Part shown: one piece after another, positions 24,878 through 32,000 of the stretch
How the letters are laid out: the number at the start of each line of letters is the position of its first letter
Numbering within the stretch: the stretch's first letter is position 1
Assembly: GCA_900234795.1 (NCBI GenBank)
Contig: LT962688.1
Coordinates: forward strand, 1,980,001 to 2,012,000
DNA from: Methylorubrum extorquens
GTDB taxonomy: Bacteria > Pseudomonadota > Alphaproteobacteria > Rhizobiales > Beijerinckiaceae
Length of the DNA: 32,000 nt
Reading direction: 5' to 3'
Made by a program: the position numbers and the translations under genes
The notes under the pieces: model-generated
Database searches by the model: none
What the model was told of the DNA's origin: nothing
Seen by the model: only the letters and a program-made list of their open reading frames with translations

Positions 24878-24975
24878 GACCCGGTGGCTCACCTTTCGGC
24901 CGGACGAAGATCCGGGGGGCCCTCATGAAATCCGGAAGCTCACCTTTTGGCCGGACCAAAATCCGGGGATCCTCA
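24875..24975 (+). repeat. Tandem pair of ~50-bp TGA...TCA units (duplicated IS3-type terminal repeat)
   Basis: Unit A (24875-24925): TGAGACCCGGTGGCTCACCTTTCGGCCGGACGAAGATCCGGGGGGCCCTCA. Unit B (24926-24975): TGAAATCCGGAAGCTCACCTTTTGGCCGGACCAAAATCCGGGGATCCTCA. Unit A starts at the orfB stop codon. Confidence 0.5.
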
Positions 24976-25099
24976 ACCGACGATGCACTAACTTCGCACC
25001 CGGGCCACCGAATGGGAGCAGGCCAAGGGCCAGGGTCAAGCTTGGTGCAAATTACGCAAAGAAATATAGCTAACCCCAAACGAACCTGATGAGCACCTT

Positions 25100-26575
25100 A
25101 TGTCGGGCGGGAAAAACCGTGAGATTATCGAAGACCTCAGGCGGCGCTTAGCCACCGCTGAAGCCGCTGCTAGCGCATCACGCGAGAACGAAGAACGATA
25201 CCGCACATTCTTCCACGGCATGGGACAGGGCTACACCGAGCTGGAACTTGTGCGCGGCGAAGACGGCCAGGTTGTGGATCAGCGCTACATCTCCTTGAAC
25301 CCAGCCTTCGAACGACTGTTCGGCGTCGCTGTCACCGATGCTGTGGGGCGGACTGCAGGCGAAGTCTTTCCCAATCTTGAAGCATGGTGGCATGAAGCCT
25401 TCGACCGCATAGCTCGTCATGGCCAGCCCGAACGCATTGAAAACATCATGAGTTCACTGGGCCGCGCATTCGAGATTTTTGCGTACCCGGCAGGTGGCGA
25501 CCGGCTCACAGTCCTGTATGAGGACGTGACGGATCGCCGACGCATACAGGATGCTTTGCGCGAGAGTGAGACGCGCTATCGCAGTCTGGTTGAAGGCTTC
25601 GGTCAGGCGACGTGGGAGGCGGAGCCGGACGGACGCATCGTGAGCGATAGCCCGAGTTGGCGTGCGTATACCGGCCAGCCGTTGGACGAATGGCTCGGGA
25701 GCGGATGGCTGACTGCGATTCATCCTGATGATCGTACTCCCACACTCACGAAGTGGCTTGAGGCGGTTGAGGCAAGGCACGCCGTTGATCACGAGTATCG
25801 CCTATGGCACGCGCCCAGTGCGTCCTGGCGCTGGTCTAACGTTCGCGCGGTGCCAATCCTGGATACGGTCGGGGCGATACAGCGTTGGGTGGGCATCAAC
25901 ATTGATGTCAACGACCGACGCATGCTGCAAGAGAGTCAGCAGGTGATGGTCTCTGAGTTGCAGCACCGTACCCGCAACCTGATCAGTGTTGTCCGCGCGA
26001 TCGCTGGACAGACAATACGCGCGAGCATTACACTTACCGAGTTCGAGGCGGCATTCAATAATCGTCTTAACGCTCTTTCTAGGGTGCAGGGGCTGCTCTC
26101 ACGCTCGGACGATAAGCCGATCACGATAGGCGCGTTACTGCGTTCGGAATTGGAGGCACTAGGCGCGGCGGACAGGTCGGATCGATTGGTGGTAAGGGGG
26201 CCAGAAGTGCGCCTGCGCAAGGGCGCCGTACAGACTCTCGCGCTCGCGCTGCACGAGCTATGCACTAATGCCCGTAAGTACGGCGCGTTGACCAGAGAGT
26301 CTGGGCGGCTTCGGATTACCTGGAGAACTTATTCGGTGAAAGGCGAAGGCCTGCGCCTTATCCTGGAGTGGGTTGAAACCGGCCTCATCAGGGAGCCTGA
26401 AAATCAGAATCAGCTAACGAGGCAGGATGGATACGGACGTCAGCTGATCGAACGAGGCCTTCCCTACGCGCTCAACGCAAGAACAAGCTTCGAATTGGGT
26501 GCCACCGAACTTCGTTGCACCATCGACCTGCCACTTCCGAAGCGAGGCGCTCGTAACGGCCAACTCGGCTTTTGA
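25100..26575 (+). CDS. PAS-PAS sensor histidine kinase of the HWE/HisKA_2 type
   Basis: 491 aa. It has two PAS/PAC-like modules (EERYRTFFHGMGQGY... and ETRYRSLVEGFGQATWEAEPDGRIV...WLTAIHPDD). The H-box is SELQHRTRNLISVVRAIA. The ATPase region (HELCTNARKYGAL...GYGRQLIER) is typical of HWE kinases. No response regulator is adjacent. Confidence 0.9.
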   Translation: MSGGKNREIIEDLRRRLATAEAAASASRENEERYRTFFHGMGQGYTELELVRGEDGQVVDQRYISLNPAFERLFGVAVTDAVGRTAGEVFPNLEAWWHEAFDRIARHGQPERIENIMSSLGRAFEIFAYPAGGDRLTVLYEDVTDRRRIQDALRESETRYRSLVEGFGQATWEAEPDGRIVSDSPSWRAYTGQPLDEWLGSGWLTAIHPDDRTPTLTKWLEAVEARHAVDHEYRLWHAPSASWRWSNVRAVPILDTVGAIQRWVGINIDVNDRRMLQESQQVMVSELQHRTRNLISVVRAIAGQTIRASITLTEFEAAFNNRLNALSRVQGLLSRSDDKPITIGALLRSELEALGAADRSDRLVVRGPEVRLRKGAVQTLALALHELCTNARKYGALTRESGRLRITWRTYSVKGEGLRLILEWVETGLIREPENQNQLTRQDGYGRQLIERGLPYALNARTSFELGATELRCTIDLPLPKRGARNGQLGF

Positions 26576-26654
26576 GCCGGGACGGTCGATGACGCCGCTT
26601 TCACGCCCCAGAGCACGAGCGGAAAATTGTGCAGTAGGCTCCCGGTGCGTTTCG

Positions 26655-26840
26655 CTACGCCATGCACGGTCCGAATTCGGCCGTGCGGGCGACGGCCGGA
26701 ATGGTATTGGTTGCCGGCGTCAGCGCAACGCTAGGGTTGAGGATGTCAGCACGCGGGACAGGATGAGCAGCATCCAGGTCACACCTGGCCGGCGCCGACA
26801 GTCCCGTGGCGGTAAGGTACGGTAGCGTCGCTCGGGTCAC
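26655..26840 (-). CDS. Hypothetical 61-aa ORF, last member of an overlapping small-ORF chain
   Basis: Its GTG start overlaps the stop of the upstream ORF (GTGA at 26837-26840). GC3 is moderately high. No homology was recognised. Confidence 0.3.
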   Translation of the reverse strand: MTRATLPYLTATGLSAPARCDLDAAHPVPRADILNPSVALTPATNTIPAVARTAEFGPCMA

Positions 26841-27013
26841 CTGAATTCGTATTCGTGGATGCCGCCCTGCTCCTGCCCCGCTATCAACGGCACCTCCTCG
26901 ACCGGGGTCGCCACTAAGATCTCAAGTTGGCTAAGGTCCATGCCCGCGATGAACGGCGCGAACGCGACGGTTCGCGTCTGCAGGGCGGGCAGCGGCGCCG
27001 AGAAACTGATCAC
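26837..27013 (-). CDS. Hypothetical 58-aa ORF
   Basis: VISFSAPLPALQTRTVAFAPFIAGMDLSQLEILVATPVEEVPLIAGQEQGGIHEYEFR. GC3 is high in this frame. Its GTG start overlaps the upstream stop (GTGA at 27010-27013). Confidence 0.35.
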   Translation of the reverse strand: MISFSAPLPALQTRTVAFAPFIAGMDLSQLEILVATPVEEVPLIAGQEQGGIHEYEFR

Positions 27014-27512
27014 GCATCCCGAATCGACGCAAGCCGCGCCCGCAGTCGGAAGTTGAAGGGTGCGGCGAGGATGTAGCAGCGCCCTTCGCCGAAGCCGCTC
27101 AAGCCGCTCGAATACGGCTGCCCGCATCCGAAGCGGATGAGGAAACCGCAGCCACGTAGCCGCGCTCGAATGCTGCCCGGGACCGCCGGGCGGCGAACTG
27201 CGCCGAAGCGATGAACCATCCAATGGACCCGATCATGATCAGGGCGCCTGCACCGAGGAGAGGTATCGTCAGGATGCCGAGGATAGGGAATTTCAGGCCT
27301 TGGCCACGGAGGTAGCCGCTGTAGCCGTCGTGGTACCAAGCCTCCCGCACCGTCCTGACGCCATACGGATAGGCTCGCTCATCCTTGCCGGTCAGCCAGA
27401 GTTCGACCGGCTCGCCGCGGTCCATCGCCTCCGTGATGATGAGCGCGGCCTCGCTCTCGACGAGCATACCCTTGAGGAAACGGGACTTGCCGCCCTCGGT
27501 CCTGATCCGCAC
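27010..27512 (-). CDS. Hypothetical membrane protein, probably frameshifted near 27150
   Basis: Frame X (27099-27512) gives MRIRTEGGKSRFLKGMLVESEAALIITEAMDRGEPVELWLTGKDERAYPYGVRTVREAWYHDGYSGYLRGQGLKFPILGILTIPLLGAGALIMIGSIGWFIASAQF... and has good GC3 up to about 27150. After that the GC3 signal moves to frame Y (...GFLIRFGCGQPYSSGLSGFGEGRCYILAAPFNFRLRARLASIRDA-stop at 27010). Confidence 0.45.
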
Positions 27513-27706
27513 CCCGATCCATAATTCCAGCGCGTGTAGGTTGCCGACATGCTAATCCGATATGATTAATGCAAGAATTTATAGGTACTTGAAGAAAATC
27601 AGAAAATTTTCCGGAAATTCACGCCCGAAACCGTCAAGGTTCTCACAAGTATTTGTGTTTATTTCTTCAGGCCTCCTGGCAATCCCGCCGGATGGAGGCA
27701 AGACAG

Positions 27707-28078
27707 ATGCCCGCGTACCTACCTGAAGACCTCGCCGTCATGTTCAAGATGGCGACCCTAAACACCTCCCGCATCCGGGAAGCGGCGCATACTGGGGGGG
27801 ACCCCGTCGGGTTGATGAATGAGATCTTCGACGTCTCGATCGTCATCGGCATGTGGCGCGAGGAGCTAGGTGGCTATGGGCAGATGCCACTAAAGGGGAT
27901 CGATCACCTGGAGCGCATAGCCACGACGGGTCAAGCCGAGCCTCACGCCATCAGCTTTCTCGATACCGGCACGGAAGAGGCCGCGATAGGGATCTGCGAG
28001 GCCTATTGCGAGAACGCGGACGCACGCTGGGTCGAGGCGTTCGTCGATGGTCGCCCTGTAGGAATGGGTCTCGTGTAG
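27707..28078 (+). CDS. Hypothetical protein (123 aa)
   Basis: I start it at ATG 27707, preceded by GGAGG. Sequence starts MPAYLPEDLAVMFKMATLNTSRIREAAHTGGDPVGLMNEIFDVSIVIGMWREELGGYGQMPLKGIDHLERIATTGQAEPH... It is divergent from the small-ORF chain across an AT-rich 194-bp spacer. No family was recognised. Confidence 0.5.
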   Translation: MPAYLPEDLAVMFKMATLNTSRIREAAHTGGDPVGLMNEIFDVSIVIGMWREELGGYGQMPLKGIDHLERIATTGQAEPHAISFLDTGTEEAAIGICEAYCENADARWVEAFVDGRPVGMGLV

Positions 28079-28342
28079 CCGCGTTCGACCTTGATGATGC
28101 CCCGGGAGGCAATATGCGCCGGGGTCCTTAGATATAATTGGATCCCATCGCAGGGATCAGCTAAAATTGAGAACGCCTTCCTGATCCGTCTGCTCATTCG
28201 AAGGCCAGGAACTGACCTTCGAGCGAGGTATCGGGCCTTGCCCAGGCGATGCAACTGAAGTCCAGTCACGGCGAGAACAGCTACAAGGGCCCAGGCGCCT
28301 AGCCGATTGACGGGAATAAGGCATTTGGATGTGCTTCGCCGC

Positions 28343-28566
28343 TCAGAACATCCCGTTTGGCTTCACCTCGACCCGCTTACCCGGCCACTCACGTGCCATG
28401 CGCTCGAAGTACGCGACGAAGCCGTCCCTACTGGTCGCCACGTGCGGGTTGTGCTGGATGTAGTCAGCGCCGGCATACCGCTCGATCGTTCGCACGGCCA
28501 GCACTCGTTGAACATCAGCTCGTAGAAGGCGATCACGTTCACCTTGTCGCGCGCGAAATCGGTCAT
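28343..28566 (-). pseudogene. SnoaL-like (COG4922-type NTF2) protein, frameshifted and internally deleted
   Basis: [21 protein letters not shown] (frame 1, ATG 28566) continues in another frame as [47 protein letters not shown] and then jumps straight to PNGMF-stop. Family members normally carry about 55 more residues before the terminal N.MF (from memory). Confidence 0.6.
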
Positions 28567-28804
28567 GCCATCCCTCCGAGGGTGGTCTTGGGCGATCGGA
28601 CGATACGGTCGGAGCAAGGGCCGCAGCTAACGGCAACAGCGCGGGATGCCATGGGATATGCGCAAAGATCGATTTGCTCACAGGCCTTCACATGCCTCGC
28701 GTTGAGGTTGGTGGCAAAGTTTTATCATCTAAATCAATCGTTTATACCGTTGTCATGCGCACCCTGCCTATCTAAGATCGCTGAAGGATGAAAGGTCGGG
28801 GCAG

Positions 28805-30466
28805 ATGTCCGCAAATCCGGACTTTTTCGATTTCCTGCGCAAAACGCTCGGCGGCCGTCTGAGCGCCCTTGCGCGCGCCGGGGGGCATGTCGACGCGCTA
28901 AACATCGCCGCCTTGGCTGAAGAGATCGAATCGGAGGCTGCGGAGGCAGGGTTATGCGCCGAGATCGCTGCGGCCGACCGCGCAAGCGTCGTGTCTCGGG
29001 TCTGCGCTTTTTATGCCAAGAACTTCCGCGCCGGGCGGAGACGCGAGCCGACCAGTTCGAATACGGCTCTTTGGGCCTACCTGCGTCCACGGTCCCGGCA
29101 GCTCGCGCTCGCATCCGCACGCGCGAACGGCGGGGTTCCCGATCCCGGCGTCCTCGCCGTCAGGCTTCAAGAACTCGTCGATGCTTACCGCGCACAACCC
29201 GGATGTGCCGCGCTCGATGACGATGCAGAGGGGATCGTGGCTCGTCTTGTGGCGTACCGGTCGTCTTGGCGTCCGTCGGCGAGTGCTCTCAAGCCTGCCT
29301 CCGCGTCAAGGCCAGGTGCGACGGTAGCAGCCAGGCGAGCCTTAGAACGGGCCGTGACGAACGTTGTCGATCACACGTCTGGGCCGGACCCGGCCCTCTA
29401 CAAGGGGCTCCATAAAGATTTGCCCAGTCTGACCCTCTCGGTCGGCAAGAACCGCAAATTAAAGGGGCGGTTTGCCCATACCCTGCGGCCGTCTGTTGGA
29501 GCCATCCACAAGATCGTCAACGAGCGCGCGAAGGGGCAAAAGCGGCTGCAGCCAAGTCGTTCTGCAGTGGCGGCTACGGTCAGAAAAGCATACGGCGCGC
29601 CCGATCGCATCGCACGTTTGTCGGCTTTACCCGCTCCAGCTCGAAGGGTCTACGACATCCTCGCGGCTTCCCTACCCAACAAGAGGATCAATACGGTCAG
29701 AGCCTTCGACCTGGCGGAGCAGATCTGGGGCGAGGCAGCGTGCGCATCCACCAAGCGGAGCCAGCGGAGACGGCTGCGCGAAGTTCTCGACGTGCTTACA
29801 GATGCGAGGATTGACGTGAACGCCGCAATGATCGGTGAGATCGTCGTGGTCGGTCGCGGTAGAAAGCTGCCGATCGACGTGGAGGGGGCCGCAGAGAGCA
29901 TCGAGCCCCGCAATATAGACGCAAGGCGTGTGGCAATTAGTAGTGGGATTTGGAGTACGCCGGAGGGAGAGACGGCGAAATCGTACCTGCGTTTGCTCGC
30001 CGGGCGTGCGCGGGCGGATGACGTCGAGCGCCTGGAGCGCTTCCAAGTGAACGAAGTGACGGGCTTTGCGCGCGCTATTTCGCGGGCCAATCCCAACTTG
30101 CTGGAGACACCGGCGAATTTCTTGGAAGAGGTGGCTCGCGCCGCCCGCCATGTTATTCACCAGCCGACAGTCAAACAGCTTGAGCGTGGACTTGAGCCGC
30201 AGACGGGGTGGCCGGAAGCGATCACGGCAGCGCAGGATCTTCTGTCTGTTGTCGAGGCAGCCCTCGAAAGCAATAGCTTGATCGTAGGCTGGCGGAAGCT
30301 CTCGGCAGGCGCAAAGGTGGATCCGAGGGTCACCGATGCGTTGGGCCGCGTCATAGCCGAGATCCAGGATCCGGACGCGCTGGAGGCCTTTCTGGGGCTT
30401 GCTGATAAGGAGGTGGCCGAGCCTTCAACTCCTGTCCTAGCGGGCCGCCTGCGATCCCACCCCTGA
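28805..30466 (+). CDS. Orphan 553-aa protein, no recognised catalytic domain
   Basis: It is a clean long ORF with coding-like codon usage, at lower GC than the flanks. The N-terminus (DFFDFLRKTLGGRLSALARAGGHVDALNIAALAEEIESEA) weakly resembles DUF29. The middle is basic (KNRKLKGRF...KGQKRLQP) and has a possible winged-helix-like stretch (RRVYDILAASLPNKRINTVRAFDLAEQIWGE). No Walker, HNH or DDE motifs were seen. Confidence 0.75.
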   Translation: MSANPDFFDFLRKTLGGRLSALARAGGHVDALNIAALAEEIESEAAEAGLCAEIAAADRASVVSRVCAFYAKNFRAGRRREPTSSNTALWAYLRPRSRQLALASARANGGVPDPGVLAVRLQELVDAYRAQPGCAALDDDAEGIVARLVAYRSSWRPSASALKPASASRPGATVAARRALERAVTNVVDHTSGPDPALYKGLHKDLPSLTLSVGKNRKLKGRFAHTLRPSVGAIHKIVNERAKGQKRLQPSRSAVAATVRKAYGAPDRIARLSALPAPARRVYDILAASLPNKRINTVRAFDLAEQIWGEAACASTKRSQRRRLREVLDVLTDARIDVNAAMIGEIVVVGRGRKLPIDVEGAAESIEPRNIDARRVAISSGIWSTPEGETAKSYLRLLAGRARADDVERLERFQVNEVTGFARAISRANPNLLETPANFLEEVARAARHVIHQPTVKQLERGLEPQTGWPEAITAAQDLLSVVEAALESNSLIVGWRKLSAGAKVDPRVTDALGRVIAEIQDPDALEAFLGLADKEVAEPSTPVLAGRLRSHP

Positions 30467-30522
30467 GCCGACCGACGATCGTTACGACGTCATACGCTCG
30501 ACAAGCCGACACGACCCTCGAG

Positions 30523-30544
30523 TTGTTCACAGCTTCGTGAACAA
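30523..30544. promoter_or_regulatory. Perfect palindrome TTGTTCAC-N6-GTGAACAA
   Basis: It lies 57 nt after the stop of the 553-aa gene and upstream of the small ORFs. No T-run follows it, so it looks more like an operator than a terminator. Confidence 0.35.
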
Positions 30545-30785
30545 GCCCTAGAGCGGTGCTGTCGGCCTCGCTGGCCGGCTCATCACCAAGACACGGAAAA
30601 AGTGACACCGGGTAGCCGGACCTAGCATGGACGGTCCGATGCGCCCCACTCTCGGGCCTGATTTTCGCCTTTGCTGCCAAATCTCTCGGCTGCTTCGAGG
30701 CGGGCTCAACTTTTGAAAGACTTTGTAGACAGGTCGCTGAGGTGTGACATCATGATCTAAGTCGAAATTAATTTGGGTCTGCCGC

Positions 30786-30953
30786 ATGCTGTTCACACTA
30801 GAAGACATCCCGCAGATGACGCCCCCTGTAAAGGAGCACCCGAGGCCGAAGGCGCGACGCAAAAGAGCACGCAAGCCGCAGCAACTCTGCCTGCTTGACC
30901 TTCTCGCCCCGACAATGCTGGTGCCGAGGACGCATAAGCAGGTCATCAACTGA
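30786..30953 (+). CDS. Hypothetical 55-aa basic protein
   Basis: Found by hand: MLFTLEDIPQMTPPVKEHPRPKARRKRARKPQQLCLLDLLAPTMLVPRTHKQVIN. The next ORF starts 6 nt after its stop. Confidence 0.3.
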   Translation: MLFTLEDIPQMTPPVKEHPRPKARRKRARKPQQLCLLDLLAPTMLVPRTHKQVIN

Positions 30954-30959
30954 GGTTAG

Positions 30960-31241
30960 GTGACGCCAACAGTGGCGACTGGCGTCAACCGGATCCGCGT
31001 CGCTAACTGGCTGCTCTGGCTGCGCTTCCTCAAACGGGGCGGCGCCTGGCGGCTGCGCTGCATCCGTAAGGGGCGGCTCTCGGGCCGGATCCAGGGCACC
31101 GCCGAGGCGCCCGACGATCCTACCGCCGACGGGAGTGCCCGGTGCCGGATTTGCATCGCCGGGACCGGCTTCGCCGCGCTCTTTGAGCACTTCTTCTGGG
31201 GCGCGCGGGCCACGAGCCAGGGCGGGATCCCTGGCTTCTGA
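30960..31241 (+). CDS. Hypothetical 93-aa protein
   Basis: It has a GTG start preceded by GAGG. GC3 is very high in this frame, which favours it over the antisense 164-aa ORF 30798-31292. Confidence 0.5.
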   Translation: MTPTVATGVNRIRVANWLLWLRFLKRGGAWRLRCIRKGRLSGRIQGTAEAPDDPTADGSARCRICIAGTGFAALFEHFFWGARATSQGGIPGF

Positions 31242-31327
31242 GCCTCGTCGGCGCCACCGAAGGGTCCGCACAGTCTGCGGGCCCTTCATCACATCAAGGG
31301 GTTAGCCCCACCCAGGATACCTGCGGC

Positions 31328-31684
31328 ATGTTGCATATCATTTCTCCAGAGGACCGCCGCGCCGCCGAGCGCGACCGCCGGATCGCCCGTGCTCGGGCCG
31401 AGGCGCGCCCGTCCGCGCAGGCGCTCGTTGCCGAGGCCGGCCGCGCCGGGAACGGCGGCCCGCCCATGCTCGCCTCGGCGGCCGAGATCCGGGCGATCGG
31501 CGAGCTCCTCTACGGAAGGCGCTGGACGACCGAGCTCGCCGAGGCCCTTGGCGAGGACCCGCGCCAGGTCAGGCGCTGGCTCTCCGGCGAGGCCGCCGTT
31601 CCCGATCGGGCGGTCCGCTGGTCGCGCGAGGCCGCCCGGCGCCGGGCTCGGGAGATCCTCGCGCTCGTCGGCGACGAGGCCTAG
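31328..31684 (+). CDS. Hypothetical 118-aa protein with probable HTH (phage/plasmid regulator-like)
   Basis: GC3 is very high. The C-terminal half (EIRAIGELLYGRRWTTELAEALGEDPRQVRRWLSGEAAVPDRAV) looks like a Cro/Ner-style HTH. Its stop TAG shares the CTAG tetramer with the stop of the convergent gene. Confidence 0.6.
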   Translation: MLHIISPEDRRAAERDRRIARARAEARPSAQALVAEAGRAGNGGPPMLASAAEIRAIGELLYGRRWTTELAEALGEDPRQVRRWLSGEAAVPDRAVRWSREAARRRAREILALVGDEA

Positions 31685-32000
31685 AGCGCGAGGACGAGGG
31701 CGGGATCGAACGAGGGGTTTTCGAGCTCGACGATCCAGTCGCCGTTGCGCCGCCGGTGCGAGGTGTCGTGCCCGCGCGGGTTGGCGAGCACGCGCGTCCG
31801 GCCGACCCGATAATCCCTGCTCGCGTGCACGTGCCCGTGGATCCAGATGTCCGGCGCGTGCTCGCCCTTCAGGATCGAGGAGAGGTCCGAGGCGTAGGCC
31901 GCGTCGATGGGCTCGCGAACCTCGCCGTGCAGGAGCGACCTCGGGTGCGGCGCGTGATGCGTGACGACGATCCGTGGGCCGGCCCAAGGCTCCGCGAGGC
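31681..32000 (-). CDS. Metallophosphoesterase (calcineurin-like), C-terminal part; the 5' end lies outside the window
   Basis: Hand translation of the minus strand gives ...RIVVTHHAPHPRSLLHGEVREPIDAAYASDLSSILKGEHAPDIWIHGHVHASRDYRVGRTRVLANPRGHDTSHRRRNGDWIVELENPSFDPALVLAL-stop. It contains the HH.P and GH.H metallophosphoesterase motifs. It is absent from the ORF track because no start codon lies in the window. Confidence 0.75.
   Translation of the reverse strand, partial: LAEPWAGPRIVVTHHAPHPRSLLHGEVREPIDAAYASDLSSILKGEHAPDIWIHGHVHASRDYRVGRTRVLANPRGHDTSHRRRNGDWIVELENPSFDPALVLAL

Noticed and set aside
27010-27219. Treating frame Y (MVHRFGAV..., ATG 27219, minus strand) as a separate gene overlapping the 137-aa ORF by about 120 nt
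   Set aside because: The overlap is too long. The GC3 signal switches frames near 27150, which is better explained by one gene with a frameshift.
28805-28990. DUF29 assignment for the N-terminus of the 553-aa protein
   Set aside because: The resemblance rests on a short AEEIES-type stretch recalled from memory. That is too weak for a domain call, so I keep it only as a hint.
31289-31987. 232-aa minus-strand ORF spanning the end of the window
   Set aside because: Its translation is Arg/Pro/Gly-rich. It overlaps both the high-GC3 118-aa plus-strand gene and, in another frame, the metallophosphoesterase with recognisable motifs.

Overview
High-GC DNA that looks alphaproteobacterial. Methylobacterium or another Rhizobiales member is my guess from composition, IS types and repeat families; I ran no search. 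No rRNA, tRNA or CRISPR array was seen.

Layout:
1. 47-3864: iron-uptake pair, a PepSY-TM protein plus a TonB-dependent receptor.
2. 3.9-11.2 kb: mosaic, partly lower-GC region. It holds diverged copies of a 36-aa C-terminal coding module, at least seven GC-hairpin/T-run elements, two decaying paralogous small-gene cassettes, small membrane ORFs, and a VOC/glyoxalase gene split by an IS5-family (IS427-group) element.
3. 11266-14309: an IS3-family (IS407-group) element with an ISL3-family element nested in its terminal inverted repeat. The composite truncates a GAF-PAS sensor gene.
4. 14.3-23.3 kb: accessory redox/stress block. It contains a ParD-like orphan antitoxin and a LysR regulator divergent from a frameshifted SDR, an F420-type NADP reductase-like gene and an NTF2-like gene. 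It also contains an ECF41 (SigJ-like) sigma module.
5. 23.3-25.1 kb: low-GC spacer plus tyrosine-recombinase and IS3 remnants.
6. 25100-26575: orphan PAS-PAS-HWE histidine kinase.
7. 26.6-31.7 kb: block of orphan genes, including a chain of start/stop-overlapping small ORFs and a 553-aa protein with no domain I recognise.
8. 31681 to window end: partial metallophosphoesterase.

The best-supported new observation is in the ECF41 module. Four exact TGTCACA-N16/17-CGTC promoters are all correctly oriented upstream of a CMD gene, a membrane-protein/sigma operon, an NmrA-like operon and an MBL-fold hydrolase.

Many genes carry single-nucleotide frameshifts. This is either real genome decay or assembly error.
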